This document shows, piece after piece, positions 1 to 9,228 of a DNA stretch of 33,084 nucleotides (position 1 is its first letter; every line of letters begins with the position of its first letter). Origin of the DNA: an uncultured Rhodobiaceae bacterium (GTDB lineage: Bacteria; Pseudomonadota; Alphaproteobacteria; MED-G09); NCBI GenBank assembly GCA_964557485.1, contig CAZLAN010000002.1, positions 1-33,084 on the forward strand, in the 5' to 3' direction. The notes beneath the pieces are model-generated. The model saw only the letters and a list, made by a program, of their open reading frames with translations. It was not told the origin of the DNA and did not search any database. Both the position numbers and the translations under genes were made by a program.

Positions 1-70
1 CCATTATTCCTTCAATATCCCTATTATTCCAAAAATTAATAAAATCTATAACTTTTTGTTTATTGCTCAT
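1..70 (-). CDS. 5' end of a CDS running off the window edge; possibly NTF2/SnoaL-like
   Basis: ATG at 70-68 on the minus strand, 2 nt after the stop of the upstream gene. The reverse complement translates MSNKQKVIDFINFWNNRDIEGIM with no stop to the edge. The pattern resembles SnoaL-like N-termini, but only 23 codons are visible. Confidence 0.3.
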   Translation of the reverse strand, partial: MSNKQKVIDFINFWNNRDIEGIM

Positions 71-72
71 AA

Positions 73-1590
73 TTACTCCATAAAAACATTTATATAATTT
101 TCTCTCAATATCTTTTTTTGAACCTTTCCCATAGCATTTCTTGGTAATTCTTCAAGCCAAAGATACTTTAAAGGGCATTTAAATTTTGCAATAGATTCTA
201 ACAATATTTTATTTAATTTGTCATCAGAAATACTATCCTTTTTATCAGAAATAAGAATAGCAACAATTGCTTCGCCAAGATCGTTATGAGGACAACCAAT
301 GACAGCACTTTCCGATATACCCTTTATTTCATCAAGTATTAACTCTAATTCCTTAGGATAAATATTATAGCCGCCAGAAATAACCATATCAGATGATCTC
401 CCAAAAAGAGTTAGCCTATTATTTTTATCTATTTTTCCAATGTCTCCAGTAATGAAAAAGCCATCATCTCTAAATTCTTTTTTTGTTTTTTCTTCTAGAT
501 TCCAATAACCCTTAAAAACATTAGGACCTCTTACCTCAACTATACCCTTTTCATCATTAGGTAAGATTTTACCATCTTGACTACATACCCTAATATTTAC
601 CTCGGGCAGAGCAAAGCCTACAGTTCCCTCTATCCTTTCTCCATCTAGAGGATTTGATGTGATCATTCCAGTTTCAGACATGCCATATCTTTCCAGAATT
701 TTATGACCTGAGCGCTCTTCAAATTCTTGAAAAACTGTCTCAGTTAGAGGTGCTGATCCTGAGATAAAAAGGCGTAAATTCTTACAAGCTTTTATATTAA
801 AATCTTTTAAGCTTAATAACCTTGAATAATAAGTTGGAACACCCATCATAACAGTTGCACTTTCTAAGTAAGTAAAAACTTTTTTGGGTGAAAATTTTTC
901 AAAATAAATAATCTTACATCCACTCAAGAAAGCAGTATGTATTGCCACAAACAATCCATGAACATGAAAGATTGGCAAAGCATGAATTAAAATATCACTC
1001 TCTGTAAATCCCCAAATATCAGTCAAAGCAAAAGCATTTGAAGATAAGTTTTTATGGGTTAGCATAGCACCTTTAGATTTTCCTGTAGTACCAGAAGTGA
1101 AAATTATTGAAGCGGTATCATTTTCATCTAAAACTTCAATTTCAGTATCATTTCTTATACTTTTAATTTTATGAAAAAACTTATCATCTTCTTTGCCTGA
1201 AAAAATAATATATTTTAAATCTGGCATATTTTTTAATAATTCCAAATGTTCAACTTTTTTTTCTGAACTTAAAAAAATTAAGTCCGGATTTATATTTTCG
1301 ATAAAATATTTTAATTCATTTGAAGTATATGCAACATTTAAAGGCACATAAATTATTCCAGACCTTAAACAACCAAGGTAAAGACCTACTGCTAGAACAG
1401 ATTTCTCAATCTGAACAATAACCTTGTTTCCCTTTTTTAAACCTGATTGATTTAAAAATGCAGAAAATGTTGAAGCTAAATTCTCTATATCTTTATACCG
1501 CCAAATTCTGCCTGATTCTTCTTCAAAACATATATTTTCTGAATGATCAGCAAACTTTTGTTTTAGAATATTATAAAAATTAGCATTCAT
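73..1590 (-). CDS. matB: AMP-dependent acyl-CoA synthetase, malonyl-CoA synthetase (MatB)-like
   Basis: 505-aa ORF with adenylate-forming motifs TSGTTGKSKG, YGMSETG and TGDIG. The N-terminal block VQIEKS..LYLGCLRSGIIYVPLNVAYT..ELKYF resembles rhizobial MatB as I remember it. Confidence 0.65.
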   Translation of the reverse strand: MNANFYNILKQKFADHSENICFEEESGRIWRYKDIENLASTFSAFLNQSGLKKGNKVIVQIEKSVLAVGLYLGCLRSGIIYVPLNVAYTSNELKYFIENINPDLIFLSSEKKVEHLELLKNMPDLKYIIFSGKEDDKFFHKIKSIRNDTEIEVLDENDTASIIFTSGTTGKSKGAMLTHKNLSSNAFALTDIWGFTESDILIHALPIFHVHGLFVAIHTAFLSGCKIIYFEKFSPKKVFTYLESATVMMGVPTYYSRLLSLKDFNIKACKNLRLFISGSAPLTETVFQEFEERSGHKILERYGMSETGMITSNPLDGERIEGTVGFALPEVNIRVCSQDGKILPNDEKGIVEVRGPNVFKGYWNLEEKTKKEFRDDGFFITGDIGKIDKNNRLTLFGRSSDMVISGGYNIYPKELELILDEIKGISESAVIGCPHNDLGEAIVAILISDKKDSISDDKLNKILLESIAKFKCPLKYLWLEELPRNAMGKVQKKILRENYINVFME

Positions 1591-1595
1591 GAGTT

Positions 1596-3296
1596 CTATT
1601 GATCAATTTGTATAACTAGACCCTCTCTTCTTGGATCGGCACCACCAATAAAACCTTTTCCAATTTTCTTAGCTACATGAAGCCCGCTTCTTTTTGAAAC
1701 AACTACTACTTCATGTCCTAAATTTTCAAGATAATCCTTATGGATGGGTAATATCGTATTTTTTTCCAATTCAGTATTTTTATTCCTGCGTAAATAATGA
1801 GGTATAGCAACTACATCCTGAGGGCTCATATTCCAATCTAATAAACCCAATATAGATTTTGCTACATAGCCTATTATACTGTTTCCACCTGGCGAGCCTG
1901 TTAAAGAATGAATATCGCCATGCTTATCAAATATTATTGTTGGTGACATAGATGACCTAGGACGTTTTCCCGATTCAACTTTATTAGCTATAGAAAGACC
2001 ATCTTTCTCGGGCATTAAAGAAAAATCAGTTAATTCATTATTCAGCATAAACCCTCCTGCCATCAAATGACTACCGAAAGGACCTTCAATAGTTGATGTT
2101 ATAGAGACCGCATTTCCATACAAGTCAACAATCACTAGATGACTTGTTGAAGGTCTAGAAATATCAACATTCTTTGAATATTCATTGTGGCCTATAGGTT
2201 TTCCATGTGTAGGATTGCGGTTAGAATTCCTTAAATTAATTTCTTCCACTCTACTATTGAGATATTCTTTATCAAGCAAACCATCTATAGGAATATCTAT
2301 AAAATCAGGATCTGCATTAAAAAAATCTCTATCGGCATAAGCTAATGCACTTACCTCTGAAAATATATGAATGAACTCAGGAGATGTTGGTTTATAAGAT
2401 TTAATATCATAATTTTCTAACATTTTAAGAATCATTAAAACTGATATACCTCCTGAAGGAGGAGGCATCCCACATATACTAAACTCTCTATAGGGCAAAC
2501 AAAGTGGTTCTCTCCAAATTACATTATAATTTTTAAAATCTTCTCTAGTTAAAAAGTTAGGATTATGTTCTGAATTTTTAACAACATTGATAATTAACTC
2601 AGTAGTTTCTCCATTATAAAAATCTTCAGAACCAAATTCAGATATTCTTTTTAATGTTTTTGCATATTCTGTATTAATTAATAAAGAACCTATATCAAGT
2701 GGAATAATATTTCCTTCAGAATCATTCTGATAATAAAATGAAGCTGCTGGTTCGATTTTTTTCAAATACCTCATATAACTTAATGTTCTGTGTAATGCTG
2801 GAGATAAATTAAATCCTTTTTCGGCTAATTGAATAGGCTCATTAAATAATTCATTCCAATCAAGTTTACCAAAATGTTGATGAGCTTCTTCCATTAATTT
2901 AACCAGACCAGGAACACCAACTGACTTTCCTCCAACAACAGCATCTGGATAAAAATTCATTACAGTACCATCTTTATTTAGAAACAAATTTTGATCAGCA
3001 GAAAAAGGTGCTTTCTCTCGCCCATCAATTGCATATAATTTGGATTCCTCATTTTCCCAATAAAGCATAAACCCACCTCCTCCAATTCCTGTGGCCTGAG
3101 GAGTAGTTAAGGTTAAAATTAATTGGGCTGTTATTGCTGCATCAATTGCAGTTCCACCCTTTCTTATAATATTTGCAGCTGCTTCTGATGCATATGGGTT
3201 TGCAGTTACTACTATAGCTTTGGAAGGTTCAGAGCTTTCCAAGTTATTAGAAAATAAATAAAATATAATTGCTAAAAATAAAATCCAATTTTTCAT
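1596..3296 (-). CDS. ggt: gamma-glutamyltranspeptidase
   Basis: 566-aa ORF with a signal peptide (MKNWILFLAIIFYLFS). GGT blocks present: TGIGGGGFMLY, the autoprocessing Thr context PSTSHLVIVD, and GSPGGNSII. Confidence 0.85.
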   Translation of the reverse strand: MKNWILFLAIIFYLFSNNLESSEPSKAIVVTANPYASEAAANIIRKGGTAIDAAITAQLILTLTTPQATGIGGGGFMLYWENEESKLYAIDGREKAPFSADQNLFLNKDGTVMNFYPDAVVGGKSVGVPGLVKLMEEAHQHFGKLDWNELFNEPIQLAEKGFNLSPALHRTLSYMRYLKKIEPAASFYYQNDSEGNIIPLDIGSLLINTEYAKTLKRISEFGSEDFYNGETTELIINVVKNSEHNPNFLTREDFKNYNVIWREPLCLPYREFSICGMPPPSGGISVLMILKMLENYDIKSYKPTSPEFIHIFSEVSALAYADRDFFNADPDFIDIPIDGLLDKEYLNSRVEEINLRNSNRNPTHGKPIGHNEYSKNVDISRPSTSHLVIVDLYGNAVSITSTIEGPFGSHLMAGGFMLNNELTDFSLMPEKDGLSIANKVESGKRPRSSMSPTIIFDKHGDIHSLTGSPGGNSIIGYVAKSILGLLDWNMSPQDVVAIPHYLRRNKNTELEKNTILPIHKDYLENLGHEVVVVSKRSGLHVAKKIGKGFIGGADPRREGLVIQIDQ

Positions 3297-3359
3297 AATA
3301 TAAATACTTTTAAATATTAATTAATATACAAATACACCAGCTTTGTTTAGTTTCCAATT

Positions 3360-4364
3360 ATGTTTTATGCTGGAAAAAATAATTTAATAACTGATGTAGA
3401 CAATATATTAGTTGGTAACGCGGAAAGCAATAAAGTTGGAACAGGTACTACTGTATTGATACCTCCTGAAGGGAGTACAGCTGCCGCTGATGTAAGGGGC
3501 GGAGCGCCAGGAACAAGAGAAGTTGGTGCTTTAAATCCCTATAATTTAGTAGATACAGTGGATGCGATTGTTTTATCTGGAGGCTCTGCATGGGGTCTAG
3601 AATCTGCCAGTAGTGTTGCTAATATTATAGGAAAGACTGGAAGAGGATTTAAAACTTCAGAAAATATAAAAAATGTCCCCATGATACCTGCTGCAATTCT
3701 TTTTGACCTTAATAATGGTGGAGATAAAGATTGGGGAGAACATTCTCCCTACCATGATCTAGGTGTAGAAGCAGTTAAACAGGCAGGTAAAAAATTTGAA
3801 TTAGGAAATAAAGGTGCAGGTTATGGAGCTAAAGCTGGAACATTAAAGGGTGGATTAGGTAGTGCGAGTTTTATCTCTGATAAAGGACTTCAAATAGGGG
3901 GGCTTTTTGCCGTTAATAGTTTTGGTTCAGTCGTTAATTCTGATAGCGGACAATTTTGGGCAAGTTGTGATGAAATCACTGATGAATTTGGTGGTAAAGG
4001 CGCTCCTGGTAATTTACCTAATAATATTTTATCAGGATCATCTATTGATAATGCTTTAGCAAAAAGCAATACAACAATTGGCATTATTGCCACTAATGCA
4101 AAATTAGATTCAAGAGCTGCCAAACGAATTGCTATAATGGCACATACAGGAATGGCTAGAGCAATTAGGCCTGTTCATAGTCCTGTAGATGGAGATGTGA
4201 TGTTTGTTGTAAGTACAAATAGTTATGAAGAAGATATATCTTATAAGGAAATTAATGAAATAGGTGAATTAGCAGCTAGAGTTTGTTCAAGATCTATATC
4301 AAGGGCAGTTTATGAAGCAAAATCATTATTTGCTATGACATCTTGGAAAGATAAATATACCTAA
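3360..4364 (+). CDS. P1/S58 family peptidase (DmpA / L-aminopeptidase-D-esterase-like)
   Basis: 334-aa ORF with family blocks ITDVDNILVGN, GTGTTVL, ADVRGGAPGTRE, VDAIVLSGGSAWGL and NTTIGIIATNAKL. Confidence 0.7.
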   Translation: MFYAGKNNLITDVDNILVGNAESNKVGTGTTVLIPPEGSTAAADVRGGAPGTREVGALNPYNLVDTVDAIVLSGGSAWGLESASSVANIIGKTGRGFKTSENIKNVPMIPAAILFDLNNGGDKDWGEHSPYHDLGVEAVKQAGKKFELGNKGAGYGAKAGTLKGGLGSASFISDKGLQIGGLFAVNSFGSVVNSDSGQFWASCDEITDEFGGKGAPGNLPNNILSGSSIDNALAKSNTTIGIIATNAKLDSRAAKRIAIMAHTGMARAIRPVHSPVDGDVMFVVSTNSYEEDISYKEINEIGELAARVCSRSISRAVYEAKSLFAMTSWKDKYT

Positions 4365-4399
4365 TTTTATTTATGTTATATTCTTGCAATATTTATTAA

Positions 4400-4476
4400 G
4401 CGCCGGTAGCTCAGCTGGATAGAGCACCAGACTACGAATCTGGGGGTCGGGAGTTCGAATCTTCCCCGGCGCGCCA
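4400..4476 (+). tRNA. tRNA-Arg (anticodon ACG)
   Basis: 77-nt cloverleaf read by eye. Acceptor stem GCGCCGG/CCGGCGC. D arm TAGCTCAGCTGGATAGAGC. Anticodon stem CCAGA/TCTGG with loop CTACGAA (anticodon ACG). T arm GGGAGTTCGAATCTTCC. Discriminator G and encoded CCA at 4474-4476. Confidence 0.93.
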
Positions 4477-4487
4477 TTGGAGAAAAA

Positions 4488-5360
4488 ATGTTAGATTATT
4501 TAATTTTAATTCTTTTATTAATTTTAATAAGCTTAATTATTTTTAATAAAATTATTTTTCCTAAAAAAGATGATAATTTTGAGAATATTTTCAAAAAACA
4601 AGAGGCATCCCTTCTTTCATTAAATAATGATATACAAGCCTTTAAAGAGCCAATGGTTAGGCTAAGAAATTTTTTATCCGGCTCATCTTCTGTTGGAGCG
4701 TTTGGCGAATGGAACTTAAAATCAATACTTGAAGACGCTTTCTCAAAAGACCAATATGTTGAAAATGTAGAAATAATACCAGAATCAGGAAAATATGTAG
4801 AATTTGCAATTAAATTACAAGATGGTTTATTAATGCCAATTGATGCAAAATTTCCTTCAGGATTATATGATACTTATCTTCAAGCTTCAGAAGGAATGAA
4901 TAAAAATATTATTGATGAATCTAAAAAAGAGATAGAGAAATTCATTAAAAATGAAGCCAAAGCAATAAATTCAAAATATCTACTTGAAGGCGTTACAACA
5001 GATCATGCCGTCCTTTATATTCCCAGTGAAAGTCTATTTCAATTGATTATGTCCTTAAATATTAAGGAAGTAATCTTCAGAGATTATAAAATACTTATTT
5101 TAGGTCCAAATACCCTAGCTGCCTATGCTATAAGTATTCAAATGGGCTTTAGGACTCTTACTCTGAATGAAAGAACGTCAGAAATAATAAAAGAATTTGG
5201 TCTATTTAAAAAAGAATTTGAGAAATTTAGCAATTCTACCTTAGAGCTAAGAAAGAAAGCTTCAGCCATGATGAAAGTCATTGATGAACATGAGATAAGA
5301 GAAAAACAAATGAAGAGATCTGTCGAAAGAATGGAAAAATCTAGTGAGGATAAAAAATAA
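4488..5360 (+). CDS. rmuC: DNA recombination protein RmuC (short form with N-terminal TM helix)
   Basis: 290-aa ORF with an N-terminal hydrophobic helix. RmuC-like core present: FGEWNL..ILED, VEFAIKL.DG.LMPIDAKFP, VLYIPSESLF. GGAG RBS at 4479-4482. Confidence 0.7.
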   Translation: MLDYLILILLLILISLIIFNKIIFPKKDDNFENIFKKQEASLLSLNNDIQAFKEPMVRLRNFLSGSSSVGAFGEWNLKSILEDAFSKDQYVENVEIIPESGKYVEFAIKLQDGLLMPIDAKFPSGLYDTYLQASEGMNKNIIDESKKEIEKFIKNEAKAINSKYLLEGVTTDHAVLYIPSESLFQLIMSLNIKEVIFRDYKILILGPNTLAAYAISIQMGFRTLTLNERTSEIIKEFGLFKKEFEKFSNSTLELRKKASAMMKVIDEHEIREKQMKRSVERMEKSSEDKK

Positions 5361-5379
5361 ATTATTTTGATACAGCTAT

Positions 5380-5408
5380 TTGACTTAAGAAGTTCTTAGT
5401 CTTATAAC
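5380..5408 (+). promoter_or_regulatory. candidate sigma70 promoter for rpmH-rnpA-yidC
   Basis: TTGACT (5380-5385), 17-nt spacer, TATAAC (5403-5408), about 30 nt upstream of the rpmH ATG. AT-rich background makes chance matches likely. Confidence 0.4.
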
Positions 5409-5439
5409 GCACAATATTGCTAATCATAGAGGATTAATT

Positions 5440-5574
5440 ATGAAAAGGACATTCCAGCCCAGTAACCTTGTTCGAAAAAGAAGACATGGTTTTAGATCCA
5501 GAATGGCTTCTGTTGGTGGTCGTAAAATTCTATCAAATCGTCGTTCAAAAGGCAGAAAAAGGCTATCAGCATAG
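5440..5574 (+). CDS. rpmH: 50S ribosomal protein L34
   Basis: Not in the supplied ORF track because it is too short. ATG at 5440, TAG at 5572-5574. It translates to [44 protein letters not shown] (44 aa), a textbook L34 sequence. GAGG RBS upstream. Confidence 0.93.
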   Translation: MKRTFQPSNLVRKRRHGFRSRMASVGGRKILSNRRSKGRKRLSA

Positions 5575-5581
5575 ATATTCT

Positions 5582-5956
5582 ATGGTGACATCAACAAGTG
5601 AACAAAAAAAAGATTCAAAATCAAAAAAAATTGAAAAAATAACTAAACGAGATGATTTTGTTCGAGCATCTAAATCAGATTTCAGGAAATCAAAATCTTT
5701 AATTATTCAATTTTTTAATAGAAAAGATGATTCTTACCCAAGATATGGAGTTACAGCCTCAAAAAGAATTGGCAATGCAATAAAAAGAAATAAGGCTAAA
5801 AGAAGAATAAGGCATCTTGTAAAAGATTTGCTTCCAAAATATGGAAAAAATGGTTACGACTATGTCTTTATTGCAAGAGAAGAATTAATTCATAACTCTT
5901 GGGAGTCAATATTGCAGGAAGTAGAAATAATTCTGAGAGATTTTAACAATGAATGA
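5582..5956 (+). CDS. rnpA: ribonuclease P protein component
   Basis: Basic 124-aa product starting at the internal ATG at 5582, 7 nt after the rpmH stop. Contains RnpA-like blocks (RYGVTASKRIGNAIKRNKAKRRIR, YDYVFIAR) and follows the canonical rpmH-rnpA-yidC order. The track ORF start at 5468 overlaps rpmH out of frame and is rejected. Confidence 0.8.
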   Translation: MVTSTSEQKKDSKSKKIEKITKRDDFVRASKSDFRKSKSLIIQFFNRKDDSYPRYGVTASKRIGNAIKRNKAKRRIRHLVKDLLPKYGKNGYDYVFIAREELIHNSWESILQEVEIILRDFNNE

Positions 5957-7661
5957 TATGTCTAGATACTTATTTGCAATCGTCCTAGCTATGGCTGTCT
6001 TGTTTGGATGGCAAATTTTATTTCCTCCTGAACAAAGTAATAACACTTATAATGAATCAGCAGTTATCAATGAAAGTATAGAACCTACTCTCCCATTAGA
6101 ACAAAGTTTAGTAATTTCTGAACCATGTTCAGAAAAAAGAATTCAAATATCAAATGATAAATTAAGTGGTTCTATTAATCTTTGTGGCGCAAAAATTGAT
6201 GAAATATATTTAAAGGAATATAAAAACACAACGAAAGAGGGGTCTGATTATGTAAAGTTCTTTTCTCCCTCAAATAGTGAGAATAGTTATTGGGTTGAAT
6301 CTGGTTGGAAATCACCTAAAAATATTAAATACAACCTACCTTCTGAAAATACTTTATGGTCAATAGAAGACGGAAATTCACTAACGCCTGAGAATCCAGT
6401 AATATTATCTTGGGATAATGGAGAAGGACTTACTTTTAAACAAGAAATTTCAATTGATGAAAATTATCTTTTCACAATAAAACAAGAAATAATTAATAAT
6501 TCATTAGGATCTTTAACCGTTTTTCCCTTTCAGCAATTATCAAGAAAAGAAATACCAACTGGACAAGCTTTAGGGCTTCTTCATGAAGGTCCTACTGGTT
6601 GGTTTGATGATAAATTAGAAGAAATTGATTATGACGATATTGAAGAAGAAGATTTTAGATCAGAATTTAATAAAGGATGGATAGGAATTAGAGATAAGTA
6701 TTGGGCTTCCGCAATTACATCAAAAGATGAAGAAAATAAAAGAGCAATATTTAAAACTGTAAATGAAAATAATGAACAATATTATCGAATAGGATTTATA
6801 AATGATCTAACTGCTGCATCACCTGGAGAAAGCGTATCTACAACTCATTTAGCTTTTATAGGTGCTAAAGAAGTAAATTTAATACAAAATTATTCTGACA
6901 ATGATATTTTATCTAGATTAGATTTAATTATCGATTGGGGTTGGTTTTACTTCCTTGCAAAACCATTATTTTATATTTTGGATCTTTTATTTTCTTTCTC
7001 AGGAAATTTTGGTGTAGCAATACTCCTTTTGACAATTCTAATTAAAGTTGTCTTTTTCCCTGTAGTAAATCGTTCATATGTACAAATGGCAAAAATGAGA
7101 AAGGTTCAGCCTGAGATCACCAAGCTAAGAGAAATATATGGAGACGATAGACAAAAAATGGCTGTGGAAATGCAAGCTCTTTACAAAAAGGAAGAGCTAA
7201 AACCATTATCTGGATGTCTGCCTGTTTTAATTCAGATCCCAGTATTTTTTGCCTTGTATAATGTTTTATTAGTTGCCCTTGAGATGAGACATGCCCCATT
7301 TTTTGGATGGATAAAAGATTTATCAGCACCTGACCCCGTATCATTATTTAATGGATTCGGACTTTTTAATTGGGAACTCCCACAAATATTAATGATAGGA
7401 GTTTTTCATATTTTGTTTGGTTTAACATTCTTATTACAAACCAAATTAAATCCTGCTCCAGCTGATCCTATTCAAAAAACATTATTTACATGGATGCCAA
7501 TATTTATGGTTTTTATTGCTGCAAATTTTCCTGTTGGATTAGTAATTTATTGGGCTTGGAATGGTATATTATCAATTCTTCAACAAGGATATATAATGAG
7601 AAAACAAGGAATGGAAATTGCTCTCTTTTCTAAAGATGAGAAAAAAGAATCTGATAACTAA
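5949..7661 (+). CDS. yidC: membrane protein insertase YidC
   Basis: 570-aa ORF with an N-terminal TM helix, a large periplasmic domain and a C-terminal 5-TM insertase core (GNFGVAILLLTILIK, GCLPVLIQIPVFFALY, WMPIFMVF). The start overlaps the rnpA stop by 8 nt. Confidence 0.92.
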   Translation: MNDMSRYLFAIVLAMAVLFGWQILFPPEQSNNTYNESAVINESIEPTLPLEQSLVISEPCSEKRIQISNDKLSGSINLCGAKIDEIYLKEYKNTTKEGSDYVKFFSPSNSENSYWVESGWKSPKNIKYNLPSENTLWSIEDGNSLTPENPVILSWDNGEGLTFKQEISIDENYLFTIKQEIINNSLGSLTVFPFQQLSRKEIPTGQALGLLHEGPTGWFDDKLEEIDYDDIEEEDFRSEFNKGWIGIRDKYWASAITSKDEENKRAIFKTVNENNEQYYRIGFINDLTAASPGESVSTTHLAFIGAKEVNLIQNYSDNDILSRLDLIIDWGWFYFLAKPLFYILDLLFSFSGNFGVAILLLTILIKVVFFPVVNRSYVQMAKMRKVQPEITKLREIYGDDRQKMAVEMQALYKKEELKPLSGCLPVLIQIPVFFALYNVLLVALEMRHAPFFGWIKDLSAPDPVSLFNGFGLFNWELPQILMIGVFHILFGLTFLLQTKLNPAPADPIQKTLFTWMPIFMVFIAANFPVGLVIYWAWNGILSILQQGYIMRKQGMEIALFSKDEKKESDN

Positions 7662-7664
7662 ACT

Positions 7665-8306
7665 ATGAATAATAAAAAAAATACTGAAAATGTAAATTCT
7701 TCAGGAGAATGGTTATTTAACCAAAAAATTGTATTTACATTAGGAGTTACTAAAATGGAAAATCTACCAGATAACTCAATTCCTGAAATTGCGTTTTTTG
7801 GTAGATCAAATGTAGGTAAATCTAGCCTGCTTAATGCTATCACCAAACAAAATAAACTTGCTCATACATCTAAAAATCCAGGAAGAACAAGAGAGTTAAA
7901 TTTCTTTTCCATATCAAAAAATAAGAAACTATTAAATATTGTTGATATGCCTGGATATGGATATGCAAAGGCGTCAAAAGTAAAGATAAAACAATGGACG
8001 ATATTATCAGAAGATTATATTAAAAATAGAAATAATTTAAGAAGGGTTTTTCTTTTAATAGATAGCAGGCGTAATATCATGCCTATAGATAATGAAGTAA
8101 TGGATGTACTTGATAATTATGCAGTTTCATATCAATTAGTTTTGACAAAATCTGATAAAATCTTAGAAGTTGAAAATCAATCAGAATTAGTAATGAAAGA
8201 GGTAGAAAAAAGAAAAGCAATTTATCCTAAAATATTAATAACATCATCTAAAAATAATTATGGGATACAAGAAATCAAACAAGAAATTGCCAATGTTTTA
8301 GAATAA
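7665..8306 (+). CDS. engB: ribosome biogenesis GTPase EngB/YihA
   Basis: 213 aa with G1 GRSNVGKSS, G3 DMPGYG and G4 TKSD. Sits in the alphaproteobacterial yidC-engB-argB position. Confidence 0.9.
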   Translation: MNNKKNTENVNSSGEWLFNQKIVFTLGVTKMENLPDNSIPEIAFFGRSNVGKSSLLNAITKQNKLAHTSKNPGRTRELNFFSISKNKKLLNIVDMPGYGYAKASKVKIKQWTILSEDYIKNRNNLRRVFLLIDSRRNIMPIDNEVMDVLDNYAVSYQLVLTKSDKILEVENQSELVMKEVEKRKAIYPKILITSSKNNYGIQEIKQEIANVLE

Positions 8307-8319
8307 AAGATTTAGTAGA

Positions 8320-9216
8320 ATGACAAAAGAAAATACAGATGCAAAAAATTGGCTAAATAATGCCGACATGCTTACACAGGCTTTGCCTTATATGCAAAAA
8401 TACGCAAACTCCATAGTCGTTATTAAATATGGGGGCAATGCAATGAAGGATAATGCGTCTTTAAATTCATTTTGTGAAGATGTTGCATTATTAAAGCAAA
8501 GCGGCTTGAAGCCAGTAATTGTTCATGGAGGAGGTCCCCAAATTGGAAGCATGTTAGAGCAATTAGGAATAGAAACAAAATTTGAAGCTGGAATGAGAAT
8601 TACTGATGAAAAAACATTAGATATAGTTGAAATGGTATTATGTGGAGGAATCAATAAAGAAATAACATCTAAAATAAATTTATCTGGCTGCAAAGCTATT
8701 GGTTTATCGGGAAAGGATGCATCAATGATAGTTGCAAAAAAGTACAAAGGTAAGATTAAAGATGAATCTAATATCGAAAAAATTGTTGATCTTGGTTTTG
8801 TTGGAGAACCTGAGATAATCAATACAGAGATTATTGAAATTTTAATTAATAATAATTTTATTCCTGTAATTGCTCCATTGGGCGTAAGTAATAATGGAAA
8901 GACCTATAATATAAATGCTGATACTGTTGCTGGCGCAATTGCATATTCATTAAAAGCAAAAAGATTATTAGTTCTTACTGATGTAGAAGGTGTAGTAAAC
9001 GCTGATAAGAAGGTTATCGAAGAAGTAACAAAAGAAGATATAATTAGCATGATTGAGAAGAATATTATTTCTGGAGGAATGATTCCAAAAGTAAATACAT
9101 GCATAAAGGCAGTAGAAAATGGCGTTAGTGCAGCCGTAATTGTAGATGGAAGGGTAAAACACGCAATCCTATTAGAACTCTTCACAGAGCATGGTGCAGG
9201 AACATTAATTAGGTAA
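8320..9216 (+). CDS. argB: acetylglutamate kinase
   Basis: 298 aa with VIKYGGNAM, VHGGGPQI, INADTVAG and GMIPK blocks. Confidence 0.92.
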   Translation: MTKENTDAKNWLNNADMLTQALPYMQKYANSIVVIKYGGNAMKDNASLNSFCEDVALLKQSGLKPVIVHGGGPQIGSMLEQLGIETKFEAGMRITDEKTLDIVEMVLCGGINKEITSKINLSGCKAIGLSGKDASMIVAKKYKGKIKDESNIEKIVDLGFVGEPEIINTEIIEILINNNFIPVIAPLGVSNNGKTYNINADTVAGAIAYSLKAKRLLVLTDVEGVVNADKKVIEEVTKEDIISMIEKNIISGGMIPKVNTCIKAVENGVSAAVIVDGRVKHAILLELFTEHGAGTLIR

Positions 9217-9228
9217 AATTATTTTACT

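Noticed and set aside
3314-3327. 14-bp perfect palindrome ATATTAATTAATAT in the ggt/peptidase divergent spacer.
   Set aside because: It is built purely of A and T and is expected by chance in DNA of about 30% GC. There is no supporting context.
3890-4123. Short antisense or embedded ORFs in the six-frame track: 3890-4123, 7117-7344, 7658-7846, 8523-8822, 8904-9185, 8968-9162, 12458-12688, 13050-13265, 14404-14586, 14586-14981, 16885-17079, 18456-18692, 21992-22201, 23194-23424, 24871-25095, 25013-25213, 28961-29158, 30737-30940, 31536-31757.
   Set aside because: Each lies inside, and mostly antisense to, a long ORF with strong family motifs. Their translations are low-complexity or hydrophobic, as expected from reading AT-rich coding DNA in the wrong frame. 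None has a recognisable motif or RBS.
4400-4476. tRNA-Arg as a possible genomic-island integration site.
   Set aside because: No integrase, direct repeat of the tRNA 3' end, or foreign-looking genes flank it. The neighbours are conserved housekeeping genes.
5468-5581. The track ORF 5468-5956 gives rnpA an extra 38 N-terminal codons.
   Set aside because: The extension overlaps the clear rpmH gene (5440-5574) out of frame and has no RnpA-like sequence. The internal ATG at 5582 gives the usual product of about 120 aa and the canonical rpmH-rnpA spacing.
5575-5956. Absence of yidD between rnpA and yidC.
   Set aside because: rnpA and yidC overlap by 8 nt, so yidD is clearly not here. However, yidD placement varies among alphaproteobacteria, so I do not consider its absence informative.
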